A stretch of DNA of 64,000 bases from a bacterium (GTDB lineage Bacteria > UBA8248), in assembly GCA_965207065.1 (NCBI GenBank), contig OZ242260.1, positions 3,520,001-3,584,000 on the forward strand. The letters run 5' to 3'. Made by a program: the position numbers and the translations under genes. Below are positions 19,812-30,873 of the stretch, piece after piece; within the stretch, counting starts at the first letter, position 1; every line of letters starts with the position of its first letter. The notes beneath the pieces were generated by a model. That model did not search any database and was not told the DNA's origin. It saw only the letters and a program-made list of their open reading frames with translations.

Positions 19812-20215
19812 CGGACAGGCACGGGGGCCTGTCCCTACGCCTCGTTTCGAACGCGGGGTTTCGTAGGGGCGGCCCCCCGTGGCCGCCCGCGCCGGAGGGT
19901 TGAATCCTTCAGCCGCTCCGCTCGCCCTCCCTCGGCGTGAAGCCAACCCCCTGATCCCTTTGCCAAGGGGTAAAGGCAACGTCCCCTCAAAGGAGAGGGT
20001 GGCAGAAAAACCCCCTTGCCAAGGAGTATTGAAAAAGCCTTTGTCCATCGAGAGGGGCGTCTTCTCTATCCCCGAAAAGGGGGCTTTTTCAACATCCCCA
20101 TGAGGGGAAAGTGATTTTACAAACCGAGGCGGAGTGGCGAATAAGGGGAGAGTGTATCTGTTGCTTCTCGTAGAACGCGTTGAAGCATTCTTTATCAGGA
20201 GTTTTCGACACCCCC
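19812..20215. repeat. Cluster of GTAG-type REP hairpins and short TIR-bounded miniature elements
   Basis: ggacaggcacgggggcctgtccctac (19813-19838); gtaggggcggccccccgtggccgccc (19863-19888); ggagtattgaaaaagcc...ggctttttcaacatcccc (20023-20099). Confidence 0.75.
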
Positions 20216-20697
20216 TATATGAGCGGGTCTCGGCGCGTCGTGATGACGCCGGTCCGCATCCCCGCCGTGTGCAAACCGCCCCTCAGGCGGCCGTGTTCGA
20301 TCTTCATGCATTTGTCCATGACGACGAGGAGCCCTGCGTTTTGCGCGCGCGCCGCTTCGGCCTCGTTCACCACTTCGAATTGCAGCCACAGCGATTTCGC
20401 GCCGACTGCTATCGCCTCATCGACCACTTCTGAAATTTCATCCGGCCTGCGAAACACGTCCACCACTTCGGGAGGGTCGGGTATCGACGCGACATCCGGG
20501 TAGGATTTCTGCCCCAGTATCTGCTCGTACCTCGGGTTCACCGGAATTACGTCGTAGCCCATCCTCTGGAGGTAGTACCCGACGAAATAGCTGGGTCTCG
20601 ATTCGTTCGCCGAAAGCCCCACCATCGCCACGCGGCGGTGATTCCGCAGGATGCGGCGGATCGTGCGCGGGTTCTGGTATTCGGGGAATCCCGTCAT
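20215..20697 (-). CDS. CoA-binding protein (YccU-like)
   Basis: [46 protein letters not shown] overlap with the metY stop. Confidence 0.9.
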   Translation of the reverse strand: MTGFPEYQNPRTIRRILRNHRRVAMVGLSANESRPSYFVGYYLQRMGYDVIPVNPRYEQILGQKSYPDVASIPDPPEVVDVFRRPDEISEVVDEAIAVGAKSLWLQFEVVNEAEAARAQNAGLLVVMDKCMKIEHGRLRGGLHTAGMRTGVITTRRDPLI

Positions 20698-22013
20698 TTG
20701 CGCGCCGTCGCCGCATCGAGGGCCTGGTCCAGGTCCCACAGAATGTCGTCGATGTGTTCGAGGCCCACCGATATCCGGATGAGGTCGGGCGTGAGGTTCC
20801 CCGCCTTCATGTCCTCCTCGCTCAACTGGGCGTGCGTCGTGGAAGCCGGGTGGATGATGAGGCTCTTCGCGTCGCCCACGTTCGCGAGATGGCTGTGCAG
20901 CTGAAGGGCGTTGATGAAGCGGACGGCCGCCTCGAATCCGCCCTGGACGCCGAAGGAAAAGACGGCGCCCTGGCCGTTCGGCAGATATTTTTTCGCCCGC
21001 TCGTGCTCGGGGTTGTCCGCCAGTCCGGGGTAGTTCACGAAACTGATGCGCGCATCCCGTGCGAGATAATCAGCCACCTTCTGCGCGTTCTCGCAGTGAC
21101 GCTCCATGCGCAGGCTCAGTGTTTCCAGCCCATGGGCCAGCAAAAAACCGTTGAACGGGCTCAGGCACGACCCGATGTCGCGCAGGCTCTCCGCGCGCGC
21201 CTTCATGAGGAAGCCCAATTCGCCGAAGGTCTCGAAGAAGCGCAGCCCATGATAGCCCGGAGAGGGGTCGACCATGCCGGGGAACTTCCCGTTCGCCCAG
21301 TCGAAGCGGCCCGAATCCACGATGACGCCGCCGATGCTCGTGCCGTGCCCGTCGATGAATTTCGTGGCCGAATGCAGAACGATGTCCGCTCCCCACTCGA
21401 TGGGGCGGCAGAGGTAGGGAGTCGCAAAAGTGTTGTCCACGACGAGGGGGACCCCCGCATCGCTCGCAATTTTCGCCAGGGCCTCCAGGTCGGCGACGTT
21501 GGTGGCCGGATTCCCTATCGTTTCGCAGTAGATGACGCGTGTTTTCTCCGTCACCGCGGCCCGGAAATCTTCCGGCCGCGTCGGGTCGACGAATGTCGTG
21601 TTGATGCCGAGTTTTCTGAGCGTGATGTCGAACTGCGTGTACGTGCCCCCGTAGAGAGCGGCGGAAGAAACGATTTCATCCCCCGGGTTCGTCAGGGTGA
21701 ACAGCGCGATGAACTGGGCGGCCTGTCCCGAGGCCGTCGCGAGCCCGCCGACGCCTCCTTCGAGAGCCGCGATGCGCTCCTCGAAGACGCTCGTGGTGGG
21801 GTTTCCGATGCGCGTGTAGACGTACCCGTAATCCTGCAGGGCGAAGAGACCCGCGGCGTGTTCGTCGTCGTCGAAAACGAAACCGGTGGATTGGTAGATC
21901 GGCACGGCCCTGGCGCCGGTGGCGGGGTCGGGCCGCGCGCCCGCATGGAGGGCGTTGGTATCGAAGTGAAACGCTCTCGGGGCCGTTTCCTCGGGTCTGG
22001 AATCCTCGTTCAT
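20694..22013 (-). CDS. metY: O-acetylhomoserine sulfhydrylase/aminocarboxypropyltransferase (paralogue 1)
   Basis: [33 protein letters not shown] (PLP lysine), [18 protein letters not shown]. Confidence 0.9.
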   Translation of the reverse strand: MNEDSRPEETAPRAFHFDTNALHAGARPDPATGARAVPIYQSTGFVFDDDEHAAGLFALQDYGYVYTRIGNPTTSVFEERIAALEGGVGGLATASGQAAQFIALFTLTNPGDEIVSSAALYGGTYTQFDITLRKLGINTTFVDPTRPEDFRAAVTEKTRVIYCETIGNPATNVADLEALAKIASDAGVPLVVDNTFATPYLCRPIEWGADIVLHSATKFIDGHGTSIGGVIVDSGRFDWANGKFPGMVDPSPGYHGLRFFETFGELGFLMKARAESLRDIGSCLSPFNGFLLAHGLETLSLRMERHCENAQKVADYLARDARISFVNYPGLADNPEHERAKKYLPNGQGAVFSFGVQGGFEAAVRFINALQLHSHLANVGDAKSLIIHPASTTHAQLSEEDMKAGNLTPDLIRISVGLEHIDDILWDLDQALDAATARK

Positions 22014-22103
22014 GTGCGCTCCTTGAAAAATGGCATGGTTCCGGTTTTGTAATCTCTACGATCCATTAAAGCAAGCGACGGCCTCCAAGAAAAGGCCCCA
22101 CTA

Positions 22104-22375
22104 GGAGGTTGTTGAATTTCCCCCTGACAGGGCAAAGGCAACCCTCTTGAAGGAGAAACCCCATAAAAGCAACCCCCCCTACCCCCCCTTGTCAGGGGTC
22201 AAACGCGAGTGAGGAACGAGCGTTTGCATGAGCCATTGACGAGAAACACATCGGCTCGCAAAACCTCCCTCTTCGGTCGGTTTTGACCCTGACAAGGGGG
22301 GGTAGGGGGGGTTGCTTTTCCAGTCGAGAGGCATCGCCGTTATCTCCCTTGGCAGGGGACTTTCCCAACAACCCC
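22104..22375. repeat. TIR-bounded miniature element containing a roughly 38-bp C/G-run inverted repeat
   Basis: Outer ggaggttgttgaatttcccc ... ggggactttcccaacaacccc; inner aaaagcaaccccccctaccccccc-ttgtcaggggtcaaa (22165-22203) and its complement (22282-22319). Confidence 0.75.
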
Positions 22376-22480
22376 GCAAGAAGGCGAATACTCCCCGGCG
22401 GCGTTGATTTTCTCTCCCCGGCTACACCATAATCCGGGGTCGTGATGAATGCGCCCGCCCCGCACGCCCATTGAAAGACC

Positions 22481-23236
22481 ATGGCTCGAATACTTCTTTG
22501 TAATGATGACGGCATCGATTCGGAAGGCCTGCGCGCCCTCTACGCGGCCCTCGCTCCGCTGGGGGAGTTGATCGTCGTGGCGCCGGACAGGGAGCAGAGC
22601 GCGGCGGGACACTCCCTGAGCCTGCACCGTCCCCTGCGCATCAACGAGCTGGAGCACAACTGGTTCTCCGTGGACGGTACGCCGACGGACTGCGTGAATC
22701 TCGCCCTGAACGGCCTGTTCAAGAACGAACACCCCGACATGCTCGTCTCCGGCATCAACCGGGGCGGAAACCTGGGCGACGACATCACCTATTCAGGAAC
22801 CGTGGCCGCCGCGATGGAGGCCACCCTCCTGGGGCTTCCGGCGGTGGCGGTCTCACTCGCCCACGAGGACGGGGAGACGCTCCGCTTCGATTTGGCGAAA
22901 AAAGTTGCGCGCGCCGGCGCGAGGGAAGTATTATCCCGGGGGCTCGCGCCGGGCGTTCTGCTGAACATCAACGTCCCGAACATACCTCCGAAACAGTGCA
23001 GGGGAGAGCGGATCACCCGTCAGGGCAAGCGCGTCTACGAGGAAGCCATCGTGGAAAAACTGGACCCGCGTGGGCGTGAGTATTACTGGATAGGGGGAGG
23101 CAGCCTGCGGTGGAAGGATGAGCCCGACACGGACTTCGAGGCGATTTCGAACCACCAGGTCTCCATTACCCCCCTCCGGCTGGATCTCACGGACTACGAC
23201 GCGATGAAAGGGCTGGAATCTTGGCGTTTTCATTAA
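22481..23236 (+). CDS. surE: 5'/3'-nucleotidase SurE
   Basis: [44 protein letters not shown]. Confidence 0.95.
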   Translation: MARILLCNDDGIDSEGLRALYAALAPLGELIVVAPDREQSAAGHSLSLHRPLRINELEHNWFSVDGTPTDCVNLALNGLFKNEHPDMLVSGINRGGNLGDDITYSGTVAAAMEATLLGLPAVAVSLAHEDGETLRFDLAKKVARAGAREVLSRGLAPGVLLNINVPNIPPKQCRGERITRQGKRVYEEAIVEKLDPRGREYYWIGGGSLRWKDEPDTDFEAISNHQVSITPLRLDLTDYDAMKGLESWRFH

Positions 23237-23901
23237 GCGGAAGAAGAGAGGACCGCTGGCGGCGCGCACGCGAGGATATGGTGGCCAGGCAAATCGTAGC
23301 CCGCGGGATCGCGGACGCGCGCGTGCTCGATGCCCTGCGCGATGTGCCGAGGCATCATTTCGCCCCTGACATCTTTCGCGAAACCGCCTACGCCGACAAG
23401 GCGCTGCCCATCGGACACGGACAGACCATCTCCCAGCCCTATATGGTGGCGGCCACGCTCGAGGCCCTTGAACTCAAGGGCGCGGAGAAGGTGCTTGAGA
23501 TCGGAGCGGGTTCGGGGTACCTTACCGCGCTTCTGGGGAGGCTCGCGGGTTCCGTCCGCGCGATCGAGCGGGTGCCGGAGCTTGCGACGAGAGCCAGGGA
23601 GCGGCTTGATTCTTTCGGCTTGACGAATTATATGCTCTGGACGGCGGACGGCACTTACGGCTGGCCGGATGAGGCGCCTTTCGACGTCATCGTGAGCGCA
23701 GCTTCGGCGCCCAGCGTGCCTGCGCCGTGGATGCAGCAGACAGCCCCCGGCGGGCGAATCGTTATGCCCTTGGGGGAGGGGGAGAAACAGACCCTCGTAC
23801 GATACCGCGTCTCGGGATCGGGTGAGATACCTGCCCCCGAGGAGTTGGTGAACTGCGTTTTCGTGAAACTGGTGGGAAAATACGGCTGGGAGAAACCATA
23901 G
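23221..23901 (+). CDS. pcm: Protein-L-isoaspartate O-methyltransferase
   Basis: [42 protein letters not shown]. Start may be 23278. Confidence 0.95.
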   Translation: MAFSLSGRREDRWRRAREDMVARQIVARGIADARVLDALRDVPRHHFAPDIFRETAYADKALPIGHGQTISQPYMVAATLEALELKGAEKVLEIGAGSGYLTALLGRLAGSVRAIERVPELATRARERLDSFGLTNYMLWTADGTYGWPDEAPFDVIVSAASAPSVPAPWMQQTAPGGRIVMPLGEGEKQTLVRYRVSGSGEIPAPEELVNCVFVKLVGKYGWEKP

Positions 23902-23935
23902 GCGGGTGTCGAATCCGCCGTCTCGCGGCTTGTGT

Positions 23936-24012
<77 letters not shown>

Positions 24013-24291
24013 TTTTCTCAACCTGAAAACTCACCGGACAGAAGCCTTTCAGGTCGTTCCCCGATACGGCCGATGTCCCTGGACTTGAAGTAATACTTCA
24101 TGTTTATCCATAGTTTATTGAATTAGCTATTACATTAACTTCAAATAAATAACTCCATTTATATAATAAAATACATTAGATATATTATCGACAGCCTCCT
24201 GGCAACGAAAATGCGTATACACGCTGAAAGAAACGTCTCGACTCCGCCTTTTGCCGACATCTTTCGGTTGAATTCGAAACGCGGAAGATGC

Positions 24292-24662
24292 GTAGGGGCG
24301 AGCCCCTGTGGTCGCCCGACTAGCTGACCTAGGAGTCTGTAGGGACAGGTCGCGACCTCGGACAGGCGCATGGGCCTGTCCCTACAGGAGGCGTTACGGG
24401 GTTGTTGAAAATGTCCTCCAGGGGGGAGTGATGCCCCAATGAGCGCTACCCAATGCGGGAAGGTGGTTTTGCTCTTCGCTTTTGATCGTCATTCCAGCAT
24501 ACGCCGGAATCCAGAACAGACTGGATTCTCGAATCGCAGGATGACTATGAAAAACGATAAAGCGATAAGACAAATAGAAAATGCAAAGTACATGGATTCC
24601 GGCGTGCGCCGGAATGACGGTGGTGGTCAATTCCGAGTGAGGAGGAGGTTTTCAACACCCCC
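24292..24662. repeat. GTAG REP doublets plus a TIR-bounded element carrying CGTC-type palindromes
   Basis: gtaggggcgagcccctgtggtcgccc (24292); gtagggacagg...cctgtccctac (24339-24385); ggggttgttgaaaatgtcctcc (24398) ... ggaggaggttttcaacacccc (24641-24661) enclosing cgtcattccagcatacgccggaatccag (24487) and tggattccggcgtgcgccggaatgacg (24593-24619). Confidence 0.8.
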
Positions 24663-24689
24663 ACGCGTCCACGCTTTCCCGCTCACCCC

Positions 24690-24721
24690 AAAAAAAGAGG
24701 CGCCCCGGTGAGGGACGCCTC
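24690..24721 (-). terminator. Rho-independent terminator of metY paralogue 2
   Basis: A7 run followed by the hairpin gaggcgcccc-ggtga-gggacgcctc, just past the minus-strand stop. Confidence 0.75.
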
Positions 24722-24746
24722 CTTATCGTTTCTTTCGTGCGATGCG

Positions 24747-26051
24747 CTATGCGGCGTCCAGGGCCTGTTCGAGGTCGGCGATGATGTCGTCGATGTGCTC
24801 GATGCCGATGGAAAGCCGCACGTAGCCCGGCGTCACGCCTGTCTGTTCCTGCTCCTCGGAGCTGAGCTGGGAGTGCGTGGTGCTCGCCGGGTGGATGGCG
24901 AGGCTCTTCGAATCGCCGATGTTCGCCACGTGGTAGAACATCTTGAGCGCGTTGATGAAGTTCTGGCCCGCCTCGAAGCCGCCGGTGAGGTCGATTCCGA
25001 CCAGGCCGCCGTAGCCGCCTTTGAGATACGTGTCGGCGCGGTTGCGGAACTCCCCGTTCATGAGGCCGGGGTAAATCGTGGTGTTCACCTTGGGGTGGGC
25101 GTTCAGGTATTCCGCCGCGACGGCGGCGTTCTGGCAATGACGCTCCATCCGCAGGGGCAGGGTTTCCAGGCCTTGTAAGAACAGGAAGGTGTTGAAGGGG
25201 CTCATCGCCTGGCCGGAGTCGCGCAGGAGAGTGACGCGCGCCTTGATGATGTAGGCGATGGGGCCGAGCGGCTTGACGGCTTGGGACCACACGGCGCCGT
25301 GGTAGCTCGGGTCCGGCTGGTTGAGGTAGGGCTGCCTCTCGGGGTGCGCCTCCCAGTCGAAGTTGCCCGCGTCGATGATGATGCCGCCGATGGAGTTGCC
25401 GTGCCCGCCGATGTATTTCGTGCACGATGAGGCGATGACGGCCGCGCCGTGCTCGAAGGGCTTGCAGAGACCATGGGCCGCCGTGTTGTCCATGATGAGG
25501 GGAATCCCCAGCTCACGACCGAGGTCGGAGACTTCCCTTATCGGGAAAACGTGCAGCTTCGGATTCGGCAGCGTCTCGGCGTAGTAGGCGCGCGTCTTGT
25601 CGTCCGTCGCTTTGACGAAATTCTCAGGGTCCCCCGGGTCCACGAATCGGCACTCGATCCCGATGTCCTCCAGCTGATTCGCGAAGAGGTTCCACGTGCC
25701 GCCGTAGAGGTCCGTCGAACTCACGATGTTGTCCCCGGCGCGCGCGACGTTCATCACCGCCATCATCGAGGCCGACTGGCCCGAGGAGACCGCGAGGCCG
25801 CCGACGCCGCCTTCGAGCGCCGCCAGGCGTTTTTCGAGCACGTCGTTCGTCGGGTTCATGATTCGCGTGTAGATGTTGCCGAGCTCCTTCAGCGCGAAAA
25901 GATCGGCCGCGTGGTCCGTGCTGTCGAACTGGTAGGAGGACGTCTGGTAGATCGGTACGGCCACGGCGTTCGTGGTGGGGTCCTTGCGGTATCCGGCGTG
26001 AAGAACGATGGTTTCGTTGTTGCTGAGTTCCAGCTCTGTTTCCACTGTCAT
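24747..26051 (-). CDS. metY: O-acetylhomoserine sulfhydrylase/aminocarboxypropyltransferase (paralogue 2)
   Basis: AVPIYQTSSY, YTRIMNPT, LYGGT, SSCTKY (PLP lysine), [18 protein letters not shown]. Confidence 0.9.
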   Translation of the reverse strand: MTVETELELSNNETIVLHAGYRKDPTTNAVAVPIYQTSSYQFDSTDHAADLFALKELGNIYTRIMNPTNDVLEKRLAALEGGVGGLAVSSGQSASMMAVMNVARAGDNIVSSTDLYGGTWNLFANQLEDIGIECRFVDPGDPENFVKATDDKTRAYYAETLPNPKLHVFPIREVSDLGRELGIPLIMDNTAAHGLCKPFEHGAAVIASSCTKYIGGHGNSIGGIIIDAGNFDWEAHPERQPYLNQPDPSYHGAVWSQAVKPLGPIAYIIKARVTLLRDSGQAMSPFNTFLFLQGLETLPLRMERHCQNAAVAAEYLNAHPKVNTTIYPGLMNGEFRNRADTYLKGGYGGLVGIDLTGGFEAGQNFINALKMFYHVANIGDSKSLAIHPASTTHSQLSSEEQEQTGVTPGYVRLSIGIEHIDDIIADLEQALDAA

Positions 26052-26344
26052 TCCAATAACCCTCTTTTTCGAAAAGAAAAGATATCGTCAGGGATGCGAG
26101 ATGACTCGCATGAACTTCCCAACCCCTGCTGTTCTGGAAAAACAAAAACGAGAATCTACACAAAATCAATGGATTCGGCAAATACAATCGGGGAAAAATC
26201 ACTTTATCGGAGATCGCCGGAAGCGGTTGACCTCGAATGGCCCCTGGCCCGAAGATAGCCCGCTGAATCCGGCGTCATACCGACTTGGAAAAGGCGAGTG
26301 AAAAATCTCGCCCCATCACCCATACGAAAGGAGAAGGTAGCGGC

Positions 26345-27532
26345 ATGAGAAGACAGGCGTCACGCGCGAATCAGAACTGGATTTTCGACAATTTCCTCAA
26401 ACTCTCCGACAACGAGGACGTTCTCCACCCCGGCATCATGGGCACGCGCTATGAGCGGGGTTTCCGGCACCAGGACCTGGAAGCCGTCTACTCGAAGGTC
26501 TCGGGCAGGCGCTCCATCCCCCTCCTGTGGGGCAAGCAGGCCGCACTTCAGGAGCAGAAGGCGATAGCAGCGGAAGAGGCGGGAAACCTTGTGACCGCCG
26601 CCATGCACTACAACCGCGCGGGCCTTTGCTACGGACGCGGCCAGCACCTCATCCCCGTCGATGGACATCCGCGCAAGAAGGAATACTACGCGGGCGTCGC
26701 GCGCTGCTTCGACAAGATGCGCGAAGTCAGGGGCGGCGACATCCAGAAGCACCAGGTGGAGTTCGACCCCGGCAAGAATGCGTATTTCTATTTCTGGCCT
26801 GCGGAGGGGGAAGGGCCGAAACCCACCGTGCTCCTCATCCCCGGCATGGACATGATCAAGGAAGACGGTCTCTTGCCCTACAACAACTGGTTCCATTCGC
26901 GCGGCATGAACTTCGCCATCATGGACGGGCCGGGGCAGGGCGAGTGCAACATCAACCAGGTGTGGGTCGATCACCACAACTACGCGCGCGCGGGCAGCAA
27001 GGTCATCGACTGGCTCACCGCGCGCGACGAGGTGGATTCCTCAAGAGTCGGCATCATGGGCATGAGCATGGGCAGCCGCTGGACGGTGGAAATCGCTGCG
27101 CAGGACGAGCGCGTCAACACCGTCGTCGGCCAGATGGCGAACGTGGGGCCTTCGGACATCATCTTTAACCAGGCCCAGCCCAACTTCAAGCGCATCTACA
27201 TGTACATGACGAACATTCTCGATGAGGATGCGTTCGACGAGTTCGTCGAGGAGCGCGACAACATCTGGCTGCCCCTGGTGGGCAAGATGAAGTCGAACTA
27301 CCTCCTCGTGGCGGGCGACATGGACGAGCTCTGCACGCCGGACGACATCGACGCCTTCTTCTCGCACCTCACCTGCCCGCGCGAGCTCTGGTTGTATGAG
27401 GGCGTCTTCCATCCCATGGGCGAGGTCGCGGCGGACATGTACCCCGCCATCGCGGACTGGATGCTGCACTCGCTGAACAACGGCCTGCCGGCGGACCACA
27501 ACAAGCGGGTGATCGTTCCCGAGGGAGGATAA
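26345..27532 (+). CDS. Alpha/beta hydrolase (FrsA/dihydroxypseudooxynicotine hydrolase-like)
   Basis: PGMDMIKE, DGPGQGE, GMSMG nucleophile elbow, GDMDELC, VFH. Confidence 0.8.
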   Translation: MRRQASRANQNWIFDNFLKLSDNEDVLHPGIMGTRYERGFRHQDLEAVYSKVSGRRSIPLLWGKQAALQEQKAIAAEEAGNLVTAAMHYNRAGLCYGRGQHLIPVDGHPRKKEYYAGVARCFDKMREVRGGDIQKHQVEFDPGKNAYFYFWPAEGEGPKPTVLLIPGMDMIKEDGLLPYNNWFHSRGMNFAIMDGPGQGECNINQVWVDHHNYARAGSKVIDWLTARDEVDSSRVGIMGMSMGSRWTVEIAAQDERVNTVVGQMANVGPSDIIFNQAQPNFKRIYMYMTNILDEDAFDEFVEERDNIWLPLVGKMKSNYLLVAGDMDELCTPDDIDAFFSHLTCPRELWLYEGVFHPMGEVAADMYPAIADWMLHSLNNGLPADHNKRVIVPEGG

Positions 27533-27556
27533 GGCGCAGCCGCAGACCCTTTAAGA

Positions 27557-27757
27557 GGGGGTTATCGACAAACCCTCGTCGGGGGTATCGCCTTTACCCC
27601 CTGGCAAATGGTTGTTGGAAAAGCCAGAGGGGATAATTTGTTGCTGTGTAGGGGTCGCATACATGCGACCCTGCCTTTTACGCCTGCGGACAATGGGACG
27701 CATATATGCGTCCCCTACAAACCAAATTCGATTGATGAGGGTTTTCCAACTATCCTC
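27557..27757. repeat. TIR-bounded element carrying an inverted GTAG REP doublet
   Basis: gggggttatcgacaaaccctc and ggttgttggaaaagcc on the left, gagggttttccaactatcctc on the right; gtaggggtcgcatacatgcgaccc (27648) and gggacgcatatatgcgtcccctac (27695-27718). Confidence 0.75.
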
Positions 27758-27913
27758 AGGGCGGCGCTTTTATCCCCTGACAAGAAGAACAGGTATGTGG
27801 GACGCAAGGCCTGATGAAAATATTTCACTGAGGCTGTCGCGCACCGCCACTTGACGCGAGCCGCACGCCCGATAAAATCAGGAAGTCTGAATTCCGCCCC
27901 GGGATAATTTCTG

Positions 27914-28363
27914 ATGCGAACCATCATCGGCGTCATCGGCGATTCCGACCCCGACCCCGAAACGGCCGCTCTGGCCGAGGAGGCGGGCGCCGAGATTGCG
28001 CGCGCGGGCGCAGTGCTGGTGTGCGGCGGGCTGGGCGGCGTCATGCAGGCCGCGGCGCGCGGTGCGAAAGGAGCGGGCGGTTTAACGGTGGGCGTCCTGC
28101 CATCCTATGAGCCTGAGTCCGCCAACCCGTTCATCGACATTCCCATCGTTACCGGAATGGGCCACGCCAGAAACGTCGTCATCGCGGCGACGGCCCACGC
28201 GCTAATCGCCATGTCGGGCGCGCACGGCACCCTCTCTGAAATCGCTATCGGCCTCAAGCTCGGCAAGCGGGTCGTCTCGCTGGGACGCGACGAAAGCCCT
28301 GCGGGAGTCGTCGCAGCGCCCAACGCCCGGGAGGCCGTGCGGATGGCCCTGGGCGACGCATGA
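27914..28363 (+). CDS. TIGR00725/LOG-family protein
   Basis: IGVIG, VCGGLGGVMQAAARGA, TGMGHARN, GTLSEIA. Confidence 0.88.
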   Translation: MRTIIGVIGDSDPDPETAALAEEAGAEIARAGAVLVCGGLGGVMQAAARGAKGAGGLTVGVLPSYEPESANPFIDIPIVTGMGHARNVVIAATAHALIAMSGAHGTLSEIAIGLKLGKRVVSLGRDESPAGVVAAPNAREAVRMALGDA

Positions 28364-29259
28364 GGGACGGCATGGATTTGCCCGTATCAAGCATTTCGCG
28401 CGCATCGGGTTTTTGGAGACGGCGTTCCATGTGGCGTAGAGGATGCCTCCTCTTTCTCTGCTTTCTCACCGGCTGCGCTTTCGTCGCGCCCCCGGTAGCG
28501 CCGCCCACGAAAAGCAGCCGCGAGGTCGGCGGGGTCCACCACATCGTCAAGCGCGGCGAGAACCTCTGGCGCATCGGGCGCGCCTATGGCGTGGAGGTCG
28601 AGCAGATCGCCGTCCTGAACGGCATCGGCAACCCCGACCGCATCGAGATAGGCGTGCGGCTCTTCATCCCCGGGGCGAGAACCGTCCGCCTTGTCCGGAA
28701 GAACGTCAGTGCCACGCCGCCCGAACGCCGTCCGCGCTGGGCGGCTCCTCTGCCCCGCAAGTCACCGCCGCGCCGCAAGACGTATTCAAAACCGGCCCGG
28801 AAACCATCCGGAAAGTCGAAGAACACGACTCGTACGCACCGCCCGAAGAACCGGAAGCCGGCGTACCGCAGGGCGCGCGGCAAAGGCCCGAAATTCTCAT
28901 GGCCCCTGCAGGGACGCCTGATTCGCCGCTTCAAGAGTAGTGGCAGCCACAAGGCGGACGGCATCCTCATCGCCGCACGCGAACGCGCCCAGGTTCGCGC
29001 CGCCGCCTCCGGCCGCGTCATTTTTTCTGATTTCGGGCCCGGAAACATGGGGCGCCTCATCATCCTGCGCCACCACGGGGGCGAGTATCACTCCATCTAC
29101 GCCAACGTCGCCGAGAACCTCGTGCGCAAGGGGCAGAGCGTCTCGCGCGGCGCGCCCATCGCCCTTACGGGCCGCACGCCGCGCTTCCGGACCGCGCGCC
29201 TTCATTTCGAGATCCGCCATCGCACGCGGCCGCGGAACCCGCTGTCCTACCTGCCATAA
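28360..29259 (+). CDS. nlpD: LysM + M23 lipoprotein (NlpD-like)
   Basis: Lipobox LTGC, HIVKRGENLWRIG LysM, FSWPLQG, degenerate M23 with LHFEIR...NPLSYLP. Confidence 0.8.
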   Translation: MRDGMDLPVSSISRASGFWRRRSMWRRGCLLFLCFLTGCAFVAPPVAPPTKSSREVGGVHHIVKRGENLWRIGRAYGVEVEQIAVLNGIGNPDRIEIGVRLFIPGARTVRLVRKNVSATPPERRPRWAAPLPRKSPPRRKTYSKPARKPSGKSKNTTRTHRPKNRKPAYRRARGKGPKFSWPLQGRLIRRFKSSGSHKADGILIAARERAQVRAAASGRVIFSDFGPGNMGRLIILRHHGGEYHSIYANVAENLVRKGQSVSRGAPIALTGRTPRFRTARLHFEIRHRTRPRNPLSYLP

Positions 29260-29414
29260 ATTTCAGGCAGGCGTCGTGGTGACATACCGGGAAGGGAATG
29301 CTATCTAGGGTTCGCTTGTCCACTGGATAAGAAACCGACGAAAGGGCCGCGACGCACCCGGCAGGGAACATCAAGAAGAATCAAGAGTTCACACATCCAC
29401 GAGGGGTAGATTTC

Positions 29415-29942
29415 ATGTCCGACATCAATCAGCTTCTGGCGCACATTCGCGACGTGCCCGATTTCCCCAAAGAGGGGATTTTGTTCAAGGACATCACGCC
29501 CATGTTCCAGAACCCCCAGGCCTTCCAGAAGGCGGTGGACATGGCGGCGGAGCCTCTGATGGGTGAGGGCATCGACGTCGTCCTGGGCGTCGAGGCGCGC
29601 GGCTTCATCATCGGAGCGCCCATCGCCTATAAACTCGGCGCGGGCTTCGTGCTGGTGAGAAAAGCGGGAAAACTTCCCTGGGAGAAAACCCAGGCGACGT
29701 ATGATCTCGAATACGGCACCGATACGCTCGAAATTCACAAAGACGCCATCGCGCCCGGCGACAGGGTGCTCATCGCAGACGACGTGCTCGCCACCGGCGG
29801 CACCGCCACCGCCTGCATATCCCTCGTGGATTCGCTGGGCGGGAGCATCCACGGCTTTTCCTTCCTCATCGAACTGGCGTTCCTGAACGGACGCGAGCGC
29901 CTAGCTCCACACCCCGTGCGCTCTTTGATACGATACGACTGA
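29415..29942 (+). CDS. apt: Adenine phosphoribosyltransferase
   Basis: IRDVPDFPKEGILFKDITP, EARGF, RKAGKLP, VLIADDVLATGGT. Confidence 0.96.
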   Translation: MSDINQLLAHIRDVPDFPKEGILFKDITPMFQNPQAFQKAVDMAAEPLMGEGIDVVLGVEARGFIIGAPIAYKLGAGFVLVRKAGKLPWEKTQATYDLEYGTDTLEIHKDAIAPGDRVLIADDVLATGGTATACISLVDSLGGSIHGFSFLIELAFLNGRERLAPHPVRSLIRYD

Positions 29943-29970
29943 CGCGCGCCTCACCGAGCCGCGCAACCAT

Positions 29971-30047
29971 GCCCCCGTAGCTCAGCAGGATAGAGCGCCG
30001 GATTCCTAATCCGTAGGCCGCAGGTTCGAGTCCTGCCGGGGGTACCA
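29971..30047 (+). tRNA. tRNA-Arg(CCT)
   Basis: GCCCCCGTAGCTCAGCAGGATAGAGCGCCGGATTCCTAATCCGTAGGCCGCAGGTTCGAGTCCTGCCGGGGGTACCA. Confidence 0.95.
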
Positions 30048-30106
30048 GACTTAAATCCACTTACCCATTTTCCGTGTCGTAGTAGTAATGAATGTCACTA
30101 CAGGAC

Positions 30107-30370
30107 GGGCTGTTGAAAAAGCCCTGATGAACGAGGGTTTGGCGTAATCGGGAGGGGGACAGTTTTTGTAGGGGCGGGCCTCTGTGCCCGCCCTCTGTTG
30201 TTGTCCCTCGTCAAGTCAGGCATGGAGGCCTCGGACAGGCACGGAGGCCTGTCCCTACGGACCTCCCACCCGGTTGCTTTTATTCGCGAAATCACGGAAC
30301 CAGGGGTGACTCAACAATCCCTCAAGGGGGGAGTGAGTTTCCTCTCTACTCGGTCTGCGACAACTCGAAA
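30107..30370. repeat. TIR-bounded GTAG REP doublet followed by a ccctcaaggggggagtga repeat
   Basis: gggctgttgaaaaagccc (30107) ... ggggtgactcaacaatccc (30303-30321); gtaggggcgggcctctgtgcccgccc (30168); ggacaggcacggaggcctgtccctac (ends 30258). Confidence 0.75.
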
Positions 30371-30492
30371 AGCGGGGAATGAAGTTTCCACCCGTCCCGG
30401 TCCAGCACACGACCGCTGGCGCGCTTTGGTGCGTGAACTTATGGCTTGATGTAGAATAACTTTATTCGATTCTTGCTGAATATGGAGGAAAA

Positions 30493-30873
30493 ATGGGTTA
30501 CGTTGAAAAAACTTTAGGTTCCGACGAAACAATTTTATACAAAGGGAATTTTCATTGGCTGGAGCGTCTCTTTGCTTGGATTTTATTTTTCATTCCGATT
30601 TTTCTGATTCGTATTTGGACTACCGAGATTGTAGTTACCAACCAACGCTTGATCTACAAGCGAGGATGGATTTTCAGGAAAACCGATGAGATCAATATAA
30701 ACAGGCTTGAAGAAACAAATCTTAGGCAAGGGATTGTGGGGCGCATATTTGGCTATGGCAGGTTGATATTTAGTGGGGTGGGAGTTGGAAATATCGAATT
30801 GCCGACAATGGCCAAGCCCTTAGATTTCAGGAAAGCTGTAATTGATGCGCAGGCTAAGCGATCGAATGATTAA
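30493..30873 (+). CDS. Small membrane protein with a bacterial PH (bPH_2-like) domain
   Basis: MGYVEKTLGSDETILY, one TM, TTEIVVTNQRLIYKRG...QGIVGRIFGYG; low GC. Confidence 0.8.
   Translation: MGYVEKTLGSDETILYKGNFHWLERLFAWILFFIPIFLIRIWTTEIVVTNQRLIYKRGWIFRKTDEININRLEETNLRQGIVGRIFGYGRLIFSGVGVGNIELPTMAKPLDFRKAVIDAQAKRSND

Noticed and set aside
19686-20103. Short ORFs in repeat-rich spacers (also 22179-22515, 24394-24711, 30098-30449, 30910-31227, 35775-35990)
   Set aside because: They are translations of palindromic repeats, with no coding signal.
20754-22052. Long antisense ORFs (432 aa here; also 1517-2446, 9716-10792, 16019-16984, 40476-41666)
   Set aside because: They lie exactly opposite well-supported genes and have no motifs; these are shadow ORFs from codon bias.
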